DNA of 32,220 nucleotides, taken from NCBI GenBank assembly GCA_964588635.1, contig CAZPQP010000003.1, positions 1-32,220 on the forward strand. Direction: 5' to 3'. Made by a program: the position numbers and the translations under genes. Under the pieces are notes generated by a model. It was not told the origin of the DNA. It ran no database searches and saw nothing but the letters and a program-made list of their open reading frames with translations. This document shows positions 15,286 through 23,038 of this stretch, piece by piece. The stretch comes from an uncultured Bifidobacterium sp. (GTDB lineage: Bacteria; Actinomycetota; Thermoleophilia; Gaiellales; F1-60-MAGs149). The stretch's first letter is position 1. Every line of letters starts with the position of its first letter.

Positions 15286-16697
15286 CCCTGGCGCGGGCGT
15301 CCGTGCCCGACTTGCTCGGGCCGTCGCTCGCCGCGGGCGCGCTGCTCGCGCTGGCTCCGTGGGGAGTGAGCGTCGCGCTGGTGGTGTGCGGCGGCACCTG
15401 CCTCGGGGCGTGGCGCGTGCGTCGGCTGCGGGCGCCCGCGATCCTCGCCGGCGTGCTGCTGGTCGGCTGCCTCGCGGGGCAGCTGCGACTGCAGGTGCTC
15501 GATGCCGATCCGCTCGGCCCGCGTGTGGGGCATGCGCTCGTCGACGCCCGCGTGGTGGTGGATGAGCCGTGGCGTGGTGGTGGGTACGGCCGCATGGCGC
15601 TCGGTCGCGTGCTCGGAGCCGGGGGAGGACCGGTGCTGCTGCGCATCGAGGGGAGCGCGGGGCCTGCGCGCGGCGCCATTCTGCGCGCGTCCGGGGGGCT
15701 GGAGCGGCCGCGGGGTCCGAGTCGGGGCTTCGACGAGCGCGCCTGGCTCGCCCGTCAGGGTGTGCAGGCGGTGCTGCGCCTGCGGGAGTTCGAGGTGGTC
15801 GGTGCCCGCGGTGGCGCCTGGGGCGTCAGCGACCGGTTGCGCGAACGTGCCCTGGCAGCCGTCGCCCAGGCCGGCACGGGGGACGCGGTGCAGGTCGACG
15901 TGGGTCTGGCCTTCGGGGGCAGCGCGGGTATGAGTCAGCCGGCCGTGGAGGCCTTCCGTGCGTCGGGCCTCGCGCATCTGCTCGCCGTGAGCGGGGGCAA
16001 CGTGGCGCTGCTGGTGGTGATGGTGGTCGTCGTGGTGTGGCTCGTCGGCGGCACGCGACGCCATGCGCTCTGGATCGCCCTCGCCGTGATCGTTCTGTAC
16101 GGCGGCGTCGTCGGGCTCTCCCCGAGCGTCGTCCGGGCGGGAATCGCGGGTCTGATCGGGTGCCTGGTCTGGCTGCTCGGCCGACCGCGCGACGCGTGGC
16201 GGGCGCTCGGCCTCGGGCTGGGAGCGCTGCTGGCATGGAACCCCCACGCGATCCTCGACCCGGGGCTGCAGCTCTCCTTCGCGGCGGTCGCGGGCATCCT
16301 GCTCGTCGTCCCGCGGGTGCGCCCGTGGGCCCAGGCAAGCGGCGTACCCGAGCTGCTGGTCGGCGCCGTGGCCGTCACGACGGCGGCGACACTCGCCACA
16401 GCGCCGATCTCGTGGTGGCACTTCGGACGCGCGACCATCCTCGCTGCGATCCCCGCCAACCTGCTCGCCGCACCGGCCGTCCCGTTCGCGCTCTGGAGCG
16501 CCCTGCTCGCCACGATCGTCACACCGATCGCGCCGGCGGCCGGCGCCGGCCTGGCCTGGTGCTCGCAATGGCCCGCGGCGTGGATCCTGCGCTGCGCGTG
16601 GATCGGCGCCGCGCTCGCCGACCGGACGCCGGCGTGGCTGCTGCCGCTGCTCCTCGCGGGCGGCGCAGCGGGCCTCGCCGTGCGGCGGCGGCACTAG
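15282..16697 (+). CDS. comEC: ComEC/Rec2 family channel protein, short form (471 aa) without a metallo-beta-lactamase domain
   Basis: A GTGA overlap links it to the comEA stop. The competence-domain motif is FRASGLAHLLAVSGGNVALL. It is a polytopic membrane protein. The protein ends right after the membrane domain. Confidence 0.8.
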   Translation: MTLARASVPDLLGPSLAAGALLALAPWGVSVALVVCGGTCLGAWRVRRLRAPAILAGVLLVGCLAGQLRLQVLDADPLGPRVGHALVDARVVVDEPWRGGGYGRMALGRVLGAGGGPVLLRIEGSAGPARGAILRASGGLERPRGPSRGFDERAWLARQGVQAVLRLREFEVVGARGGAWGVSDRLRERALAAVAQAGTGDAVQVDVGLAFGGSAGMSQPAVEAFRASGLAHLLAVSGGNVALLVVMVVVVVWLVGGTRRHALWIALAVIVLYGGVVGLSPSVVRAGIAGLIGCLVWLLGRPRDAWRALGLGLGALLAWNPHAILDPGLQLSFAAVAGILLVVPRVRPWAQASGVPELLVGAVAVTTAATLATAPISWWHFGRATILAAIPANLLAAPAVPFALWSALLATIVTPIAPAAGAGLAWCSQWPAAWILRCAWIGAALADRTPAWLLPLLLAGGAAGLAVRRRH

Positions 16698-16706
16698 GAT
16701 GGAGCC

Positions 16707-17690
16707 ATGTCCGAGTCGGCACTCGCTCCCGTCTACCTGCTCGGCGGCACCGACCGCGGCAAGGTGCGGCGTGCGCTCGAGCGCCTCAAGGAGCGCTTCG
16801 GCACCGATGCGATCGACCACTTCGACGCCTCGGCCTGCGATCCGGGCGACGTCGCCAGCTCCTGCCTGCAGCAGGGGCTGTTCGTGGATCAACGGCTCGT
16901 GATCGTCGAGGGCTGCGACGCATGGGTCAAGCCCCGACGCGCCGGCCGGCTCGATCCGCTCATCGCGTACGTGGAGCAGGCGAGTCCGTCCACGACGCTC
17001 GTCATCGTGATCGACGCGCCGGCCGATCCGAGGAAGCCGGTCTGGCCGAAGGACGATCCGCTTCTCAAGGCGATCGCCAAGACGGGTGGCAAGAACGCGA
17101 TCCTGCTGTTCGAGGCACCCAAGAGCGCGATCTTCGCCCGGCAGGAGGCCGAGCGCCTGGGCGTCAGGCTCGATCCCGAGGCGATGCAGCGCTTCACCGA
17201 GCTCGTGGGCGATCACCCCGAGGAGATCACCGGCGAGTTCGAGAAGCTGTCCACGTTCGCGAACGGCGAGCAGATCGACGTGACCGTGGTGGAGACGATG
17301 GTGGCCGCCCGGCACGACGACGCGCCGTGGGCACTGCTCGATGCGATCACGCAGCGCGACCGGCGTAGCGCCGTGCGCGAGCTGACCAGGCTCTTCGCCG
17401 GCGATGTCGAGCCGCACCGCGTGCTGCCCCAGATCACGCGCCACGTCGAGCTCGTCCGTCGCACCGTGGAGCTGGCCGAGGATGGCCGTCCCAGCAAGGA
17501 GCAGCTCGCCAAGCAGCTCGGCGTCGCCCCCTTCCGCGCGCAGAAGATGCTCGTCGCCGTCGGGCACTGGACGCCGAGCGATGCCAGCCGCGCGATGAGC
17601 CGCATGCACGAGGCCGACGCGGCGATGAAGGGCATGTCGCGCATGCCGCCGAGCCTGGTTCTGGAACGGGCCCTGGCCGAGTCGCTGTAG
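16707..17690 (+). CDS. holA: DNA polymerase III delta subunit
   Basis: It is 327 aa. The N-terminus (APVYLLGGTDRGKVRRALERLKERF) and the conserved position after comEC are typical of holA. A GGAG SD precedes the ATG. Confidence 0.75.
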   Translation: MSESALAPVYLLGGTDRGKVRRALERLKERFGTDAIDHFDASACDPGDVASSCLQQGLFVDQRLVIVEGCDAWVKPRRAGRLDPLIAYVEQASPSTTLVIVIDAPADPRKPVWPKDDPLLKAIAKTGGKNAILLFEAPKSAIFARQEAERLGVRLDPEAMQRFTELVGDHPEEITGEFEKLSTFANGEQIDVTVVETMVAARHDDAPWALLDAITQRDRRSAVRELTRLFAGDVEPHRVLPQITRHVELVRRTVELAEDGRPSKEQLAKQLGVAPFRAQKMLVAVGHWTPSDASRAMSRMHEADAAMKGMSRMPPSLVLERALAESL

Positions 17691-17703
17691 TCTGTCCCCG
17701 TCC

Positions 17704-17774
17704 GGCGACGTGGCCGAGTGGCTAGGCAGCGGCCTGCAAAGCCGTCCACACCAGTTCGATTCTGGTCGTCGCCT
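17704..17774 (+). tRNA. tRNA-Cys (anticodon GCA)
   Basis: Acceptor GGCGACG pairs with CGTCGCC. The anticodon loop is CTGCAAA, the T arm is CCAGTTCGATTCTGG, and the discriminator is U (a Cys identity element). CCA is not encoded. Confidence 0.85.
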
Positions 17775-17781
17775 CTCGCAC

Positions 17782-17806
17782 CCCGGAGACCCCAGCGGTC
17801 TCCGGG
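17782..17806 (+). terminator. Hairpin downstream of tRNA-Cys (10-bp stem, 5-nt loop)
   Basis: CCCGGAGACC-CCAGC-GGTCTCCGGG. No T-tract follows. Confidence 0.35.
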
Positions 17807-17864
17807 AACGCGCCCATCTCGAGGAGCCCGGCATGCAGTCGCACGACACCCAGAGCCCGCGCCG

Positions 17865-19205
17865 GTGAATCCCTACGCCGAGGAGCAGGTCGCTGGTCGG
17901 AGGGTCGTGCTGGATCGGCTCGATCGCGACGGGGCGGCACTCGCCGAGCTGCTGCGTGACCGCGGTGCCGACGTCTGGGTCGCCGATCATGCGCCCGATG
18001 TCGATGTGCCAGAGGGCGTGACGCTCGTGCACGAGCGAGCAGCCGCGGCCCAGCGAGCCGATCTGCTGCTCCTGGACTGCTGGACGGCGGAGACGGCGGC
18101 ACACGTCGTGCAGGCGCGGGAGCGGGGCATCGCCGTGGGCTGTCTCGCCGACCTCGTGCTGCACGAGTGGCCCACGCCCGTCATCGGTGTGACCGGGACG
18201 GCAGGCAAGACGATGACGACCCGGCTCATCGCGCATCTCCTCGAGGCGGCGGGCTGGGATGCGCTGGTGCCGCCGCTCGGGCGCGCCGAGAACGCCTGGC
18301 CGAGCGCCGACACGCTCGTCGACCTGATCGACGGGCGCACGCCCGATGTGCTCGTCGTCGAGCTGACCAGCACGCATCTGGCATACATGTCCGCCAGCCC
18401 CGGGACCGCCGCCGTCACCATGCTGGGGGTGGACCACGCCGAGCTGCATGGCGGCGAGGGGCGCTACATCGCCAGCAAGCAGCGGATCCTGCTCCACCAG
18501 CGCCCCGGGGACAGCGCCATCCTGCCGCGGGACGCCGACGCACTCGTACCTCGGGCGGGCGTGCGGGTCCTGCGCTTCGATGCCTCCGAGCCGCTCGCGC
18601 AGGCGAGCCGCGTGGCACCGCACCACCGATCCAACGTGGCCTGCGCGGTCACCGTCGTGCGTGACGCGCTCGGCGTCGACGTGGAGCAGGCGGATATCGA
18701 CTCCTTCGCCGCGCCCGTCTGGCGCGGCGAGTGCATCGGACGGAGCGGCGACGTCGCGGTCTTCCACGACGGCATGGCCGCGACGCCGGCCAAGGCCTCG
18801 GCGTTCGTCCGCTCGCTGCCCGATCGCTCCTCAGTGCTGATCGTCGGAGGGCTCGCAGAGATGGCGAATGGCCCCGTGCACGGGTCGCCGGCGGAGCAGC
18901 GGCAGCTGCGCGAGGCGTGCATCGAGATCAGCCGCGCCGCGCAGTGCGTCGTGCTGATCGGTCCCGCCGCCTCGCAGGTCGCGCCGCTGCTCGCTCAGTC
19001 AGGTGCCGGCGACGTGCGGATCGGTCCCGATCTGCACTGGGCCGCTGCCGAGGCGATGCGCGCGGCGGAGGGGGCCGGGCAGATCGCCTGGGTGCCGGCC
19101 TATCCCGTCGAGCTGCAGGACCGCGAGCGCTTCGCCGACCTGATCGGCCGGGCAGCCGTCGCCGCCGGGCGCGATTGGGCCCCCGCGGCACGCCCTGCGA
19201 ACTGA
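17865..19205 (+). CDS. Mur ligase family protein, MurD-like paralogue outside any dcw cluster
   Basis: A MurD-like N-terminal Rossmann segment is present (GRRVVLDRLDRDGAALAELLRDRGADVWVAD). The P-loop is VIGVTGTAGKTMTT. ELTSTHLAYM matches the ELSSFQL motif and GVDHAELHG matches NITxDHLDxH. The C-terminal domain has FHDGMAATPAKA. The ORF-track start at 17718 overlaps the tRNA, so GTG 17865 was chosen. Confidence 0.7.
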   Translation: MNPYAEEQVAGRRVVLDRLDRDGAALAELLRDRGADVWVADHAPDVDVPEGVTLVHERAAAAQRADLLLLDCWTAETAAHVVQARERGIAVGCLADLVLHEWPTPVIGVTGTAGKTMTTRLIAHLLEAAGWDALVPPLGRAENAWPSADTLVDLIDGRTPDVLVVELTSTHLAYMSASPGTAAVTMLGVDHAELHGGEGRYIASKQRILLHQRPGDSAILPRDADALVPRAGVRVLRFDASEPLAQASRVAPHHRSNVACAVTVVRDALGVDVEQADIDSFAAPVWRGECIGRSGDVAVFHDGMAATPAKASAFVRSLPDRSSVLIVGGLAEMANGPVHGSPAEQRQLREACIEISRAAQCVVLIGPAASQVAPLLAQSGAGDVRIGPDLHWAAAEAMRAAEGAGQIAWVPAYPVELQDRERFADLIGRAAVAAGRDWAPAARPAN

Positions 19206-19588
19206 TGGGCATGCGACCGATCGTGGTCTACGACGACACGTGTGGGATGTGCCGCAACAGCGTGCGCTGGGTCCGCCGCCTCGACTGGCTTCATCGTCTC
19301 GACGACCTCGGCTACTCGGTCGCGGTCGAGCGGTATCCCGAGATCGGGCGCGGACAGCTGGGCGACGGCCTCCGCGTCCGCTACCCCGATGGCAGCGTGG
19401 CGCTCGGGGTCGATGCGGTCCGGGCGATCGCCGTCCGCACGCCGCTTGGCGCCCTCGGCGCGTGGACCCTGTACCTGCCCGGCATCCACGAGCTCGGTGC
19501 GCGCGGCTACGGGCAGCTCGCCAAGCGCCGACGCCCCGAGGGTGCGGCGTGCCCGCTACCGGCTCGTTACGACTGCGGCTCGGTGTAG
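19205..19588 (+). CDS. DCC-family (DUF393) putative thiol-disulfide oxidoreductase
   Basis: MGMRPIVVYDDTCGMCRNSVRWVRRLD carries the DxxCxxC signature of the DCC1-like family. TGATG links the start to the Mur-like stop. ATG 19211 is an alternative start. Confidence 0.72.
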   Translation: MGMRPIVVYDDTCGMCRNSVRWVRRLDWLHRLDDLGYSVAVERYPEIGRGQLGDGLRVRYPDGSVALGVDAVRAIAVRTPLGALGAWTLYLPGIHELGARGYGQLAKRRRPEGAACPLPARYDCGSV

Positions 19589-19929
19589 GCGATCACGTAC
19601 GCCTTGCGGACGGTCTCGGCGATGTCCCACTCGCCGACCCAGTTCTCGGGCGTCGAGATCACGGCGCCGGGCGTGATCACCGTCTCCGCGCCGTCCTCGT
19701 CCCGGAGCACACCGCTGCCCGCGAGCACGGTGAAGATCTCGCGGTAGCCGTCGCGGCGCGCGGCGAACGCGCCCGGCGTGCACTCCCAGACGCCGGCCTG
19801 GCTATGGGCATCCTCGTGGAGCACCTTGACCGACTCGACGGGCTCTCCGCGCGTCGCGTTCGGCTTGGGGCCGATGACGTCGAGCTCGAGCGCGAGCGGG
19901 TCGTTGAAGCTGGCGGCGTTCGGGGCCAT
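19567..19929 (-). CDS. Small cupin-domain protein (DUF861/cupin_3-like)
   Basis: It is 120 aa. GVWECTPGAF...EIFTVLAGSGVL..DG..TVITPGAV resembles a single cupin barrel. A GAGGAG SD lies 6 nt before ATG 19929. The 185-aa ORF-track form was rejected. Confidence 0.6.
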   Translation of the reverse strand: MAPNAASFNDPLALELDVIGPKPNATRGEPVESVKVLHEDAHSQAGVWECTPGAFAARRDGYREIFTVLAGSGVLRDEDGAETVITPGAVISTPENWVGEWDIAETVRKAYVIAYTEPQS

Positions 19930-19988
19930 CGTGGACTCCTCCATCGGGAACAGACGGAGTCTGCCACGCCGACGGCTAGGCTGCACCC

Positions 19989-20390
19989 ATGGATGACCCG
20001 CTGAAGGACCACGAGAACTCGCCCCTCGACGACGCGATCGGCCTGTCCTATGTCGGCCGTGAGGGCGATGACATCGTGATGCGTCTCGATCCCACGCATG
20101 CCGCACTCGGCTACGTCGAGCCACCGATGCTGCACGGCGGCACGCTGGCCACGCTCGTGGACACCGCGGGCTGGTACGCCGTGATGGCGAAGGCGCCGGC
20201 CACGTGGGTGGCGGTCGATCTGCGCAGCGACTTCCTGCGCATGGCCGACCTCTCGCCGCTCAAGGTGACGGGGCGCTGCCTCCGCGCTGGTCGCACCCTC
20301 GCGGTCTGCGATGTCACCGTCGCGCCGTGGGACGCGCCCGAGAAGACCACCTCGGTCGGTCGCATCCAGTTCATCCGCACGGGCGACTGA
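19989..20390 (+). CDS. PaaI-family hotdog-fold thioesterase
   Basis: It is 133 aa. NSPLDDAIGLSYVGREGDDIVMRLDP...MLHGGTLATLVDTAGWYAV is typical of PaaI/YdiI thioesterases. Confidence 0.72.
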   Translation: MDDPLKDHENSPLDDAIGLSYVGREGDDIVMRLDPTHAALGYVEPPMLHGGTLATLVDTAGWYAVMAKAPATWVAVDLRSDFLRMADLSPLKVTGRCLRAGRTLAVCDVTVAPWDAPEKTTSVGRIQFIRTGD

Positions 20391-20424
20391 GTCGCGCCGC
20401 GACCCGCGTCGGTACCCTAAGCGC

Positions 20425-21276
20425 ATGGACAATCTGATCGACGGCAAGGCGGTCGCGGCGAAGGTCCGCGCCGAGGTGGCGGAGCGCACGAAGAAGCTCC
20501 ACGACGAGACCGGCATCCTCGCCGGCCTCGCGGTGATCATCGTCGGCGAGGACCCGGCATCGCAGGTCTACGTCGCCAACAAGCACAAGGCGTGCCACGA
20601 GGCCGGGATGCACTCCCTGGAGATCGTGATGCCCGCGGAGACCACGCAGGCCGAACTCGAGGCCAAGATCGACGAGGTCGCCAGCGACCCCGCGATCCAC
20701 GGGATGATCGTGCAGATGCCGCTGCCGGATCACCTCGACACCGATGCGGCGCTCAACCGCATCCCGTTCGACAAGGACGCCGATGGCCTCACCGCCGACG
20801 CGATGGGCCGCCTCATGACGCTTCAGCCCGGCCCGCTGCCCTGCACGCCCGCCGGGTGCATCGAGCTGCTCAAGGCCTACGGCGTCGAGATGAAGGGCGC
20901 GCACGCCGTCGTCATCGGCCGCTCCGAGATCGTCGGCAAGCCGCAGGCGCACCTCCTGCTCAAGGAGGACTGCACCGTCACGATCTGCCACTCGCGCACG
21001 CGGGATCTGCCCGGCATCTGCAGCCAGGCCGACATCCTCGTCGCCGCCGTCGGCCGCCCGAAGATGATCGGCGCGGACTGCGTCAAGGAGGGCGCCGTCG
21101 TCATCGACGTCGGCATCAACCGCCTGCCCGAGGGCCTCTGCGGCGACGTCGACTTCGATGCCGTGCAGCCGAAGGCCGGTCTGATCACGCCGGTGCCCGG
21201 CGGCGTCGGCCCGATGACCATCGCGATGCTGCTCAAGAACACGATCGAGGCAGCCGAGCGCTCCGCCGGCCGCTGA
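20425..21276 (+). CDS. folD: Bifunctional methylenetetrahydrofolate dehydrogenase/methenyl-THF cyclohydrolase
   Basis: MDNLIDGKAVAAKVRAEV..., GLAVIIVGEDPASQVYVANKHKAC, VIGRSEIVGKPQAHLL and TPVPGGVGPMTIAMLLKNT are canonical FolD segments. Confidence 0.95.
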   Translation: MDNLIDGKAVAAKVRAEVAERTKKLHDETGILAGLAVIIVGEDPASQVYVANKHKACHEAGMHSLEIVMPAETTQAELEAKIDEVASDPAIHGMIVQMPLPDHLDTDAALNRIPFDKDADGLTADAMGRLMTLQPGPLPCTPAGCIELLKAYGVEMKGAHAVVIGRSEIVGKPQAHLLLKEDCTVTICHSRTRDLPGICSQADILVAAVGRPKMIGADCVKEGAVVIDVGINRLPEGLCGDVDFDAVQPKAGLITPVPGGVGPMTIAMLLKNTIEAAERSAGR

Positions 21277-21283
21277 GGACGAG

Positions 21284-21580
21284 ATGTCCGACGTCGAGCT
21301 GACCCCGGATGAGGTGCGCCACGTCGCGACGCTCGCGCGGCTCGGGCTCGACGACGCCGAGGTGGAGCGCCTCGGGCGGGAGCTCACCGGCATCCTGGCG
21401 CACGTCAACACGATCGCGGCCCTGCCGATCGCCGACGTGCCGCCGACGAAGCACTCGCACGAGAATGCCGACTCGCTGCGTCCTGACGTCTCGCGCCCCG
21501 GCGTGTCGCGCGAGGATGCCCTGCGCAACGCACCCGACCCGACCGCGGATGGGTTCCGCGTGCCGCCGATCGGAGCCTAG
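21284..21580 (+). CDS. gatC: Glutamyl/aspartyl-tRNA amidotransferase subunit C
   Basis: LTPDEVRHVATLARLGLDDAEVERLGRELTGILAHVNTI is typical GatC. gatA follows it. Confidence 0.9.
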   Translation: MSDVELTPDEVRHVATLARLGLDDAEVERLGRELTGILAHVNTIAALPIADVPPTKHSHENADSLRPDVSRPGVSREDALRNAPDPTADGFRVPPIGA

Positions 21581-23038
21581 GTGGCGGGCATCGACGTCAT
21601 CGGGCTCACGGCCGAGCGCGCCATGGGCATGCTGCGGGCGGGGGAGTGCACCTCCGAGGAGCTGGCGCAGGCGTACCTCGATCGCATCGCCACGGTCGAC
21701 GGCGACGTCCACTCGTACCTCCACGTGGACCCGGAACGCACACTCGCGGCAGCCCGGGCGCAGGACGCGGCGGGCGGCGACGCCCTCAGCGGCGTGCCGA
21801 TCGCGTACAAGGACCTGCTGTCCACGAAGGATGTACCCACCACGGCGGGCTCTCGGATCCTGGAGGGCTTCGTCCCGATCCAGGACGCCGACGTCGTGGC
21901 GCGCGGCAACGAGGCCGGCCTCGTCAGCCTCGGCAAGACCAACCTCGATGAGTTCGCGATGGGCTCCTCGACCGAGCACTCGGCCTACGGGCCGACGCGC
22001 AATCCGTGGGACCTGACGCGCGTGCCTGGCGGCTCGTCCGGCGGTTCGGCCGCGGTCGTCGCCTCGGCGTGCGCGCCGTGGTCGCTGGGCACCGACACGG
22101 GTGGCTCGATCCGCCAGCCCGCGGCCTTCTGCGGCCTGGTCGGCCTGATGCCCACGTACGGGACCGTCTCGCGCTTCGGCGTGATCGCCTTCGCGTGCTC
22201 GCTCGAGCAGGTCGGGCCGATGACGCTGACCGTCCGCGACGCCGCGCTGCTGCAGCAGGTGATCGCCAGGGATTCGCCCAACGACGCCACCTGCACCGGA
22301 CCGCGCGAGCCGATCCAGGTGCCCGAGGTCGGGCGCCTGGATGGCATCCGCTTCGGCGTGCCGTGGGCCGAGCTCGAGGAGGGCGTCGAGCCCGGAATCC
22401 GTGCGCGCTTCGACGAGTCGCTGGCCATCGCCAAGAGCCTCGGCGCCGAGATCGTCGACGTCGAGCTGCCCTATTCCCGTCATGGCCTCGCCGCGTACTA
22501 CGTGATCGCCCCGGCCGAGGCCTCGGCGAACCTGTCGCGCTTCGACGGCGTCCGCTACGGCCTGCGCGTCGACGGCAAGGACATCCGCTCCATGTACGAG
22601 GCCACGCGCGACGCGGGCTTCGGGGCCGAGGTCAAGCGGCGCATCATGATCGGCACCTACGCCCTGTCGGCCGGCTACCACGACGCGTACTACGTGCAGG
22701 CGCAGCGCGTCCGCACGCTGATCCGCCAGGACTTCGACAACGCCTTCACCGGCGTCGACGCGATCCTGCTGCCCACCGCGCCCACCACGGCGTTCCCGAT
22801 CGGCGCGCGCCTCGACGATCCGCTCGCGATGTACGCCAACGACATCTTCACGCTGCCGGTCAACCTCGCGGGGATTCCCGCGCTCTCGCTGCCGAACGGC
22901 CTCAGCGACGGCCTGCCCAGCAGCCTGCAGATCATCGGGCCCGCCTACTCGGAGAACCTGCTCCTGCGTCTCGGCGCGGCCTTCGAGGCCGAGCACCAGT
23001 TCGACTTCGTCCCGGCGGCCATGCGAGGCGGCCGGTGA
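21581..23038 (+). CDS. gatA: Glutamyl/aspartyl-tRNA amidotransferase subunit A
   Basis: The amidase signature GGSSGGSAAVVA is present, with GTDTGGSIRQPAAFCG. The GTG start abuts the gatC stop. Confidence 0.95.
   Translation: MAGIDVIGLTAERAMGMLRAGECTSEELAQAYLDRIATVDGDVHSYLHVDPERTLAAARAQDAAGGDALSGVPIAYKDLLSTKDVPTTAGSRILEGFVPIQDADVVARGNEAGLVSLGKTNLDEFAMGSSTEHSAYGPTRNPWDLTRVPGGSSGGSAAVVASACAPWSLGTDTGGSIRQPAAFCGLVGLMPTYGTVSRFGVIAFACSLEQVGPMTLTVRDAALLQQVIARDSPNDATCTGPREPIQVPEVGRLDGIRFGVPWAELEEGVEPGIRARFDESLAIAKSLGAEIVDVELPYSRHGLAAYYVIAPAEASANLSRFDGVRYGLRVDGKDIRSMYEATRDAGFGAEVKRRIMIGTYALSAGYHDAYYVQAQRVRTLIRQDFDNAFTGVDAILLPTAPTTAFPIGARLDDPLAMYANDIFTLPVNLAGIPALSLPNGLSDGLPSSLQIIGPAYSENLLLRLGAAFEAEHQFDFVPAAMRGGR

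Noticed and set aside
15018-18767. Very long alternative-frame or antisense ORFs. Examples are the 1249-aa ORF 15018..18767(-), 2316..3692(-), 21233..22996(-), 22945..24603(-), 30061..31995(-), 28835..30700(+), 6754..8367(+) and 10039..11904(+).
   Set aside because: All are Arg/Ala/Gly/Pro-rich with no recognisable motifs. They lie opposite or out of frame to genes with clear family signatures. Such stop-free shadow ORFs are expected in very GC-rich DNA.
20391-20424. A ZTP (pfl) riboswitch upstream of folD.
   Set aside because: The gap to the preceding gene is only 34 nt, far too short. It contains none of the conserved ZTP motif segments.
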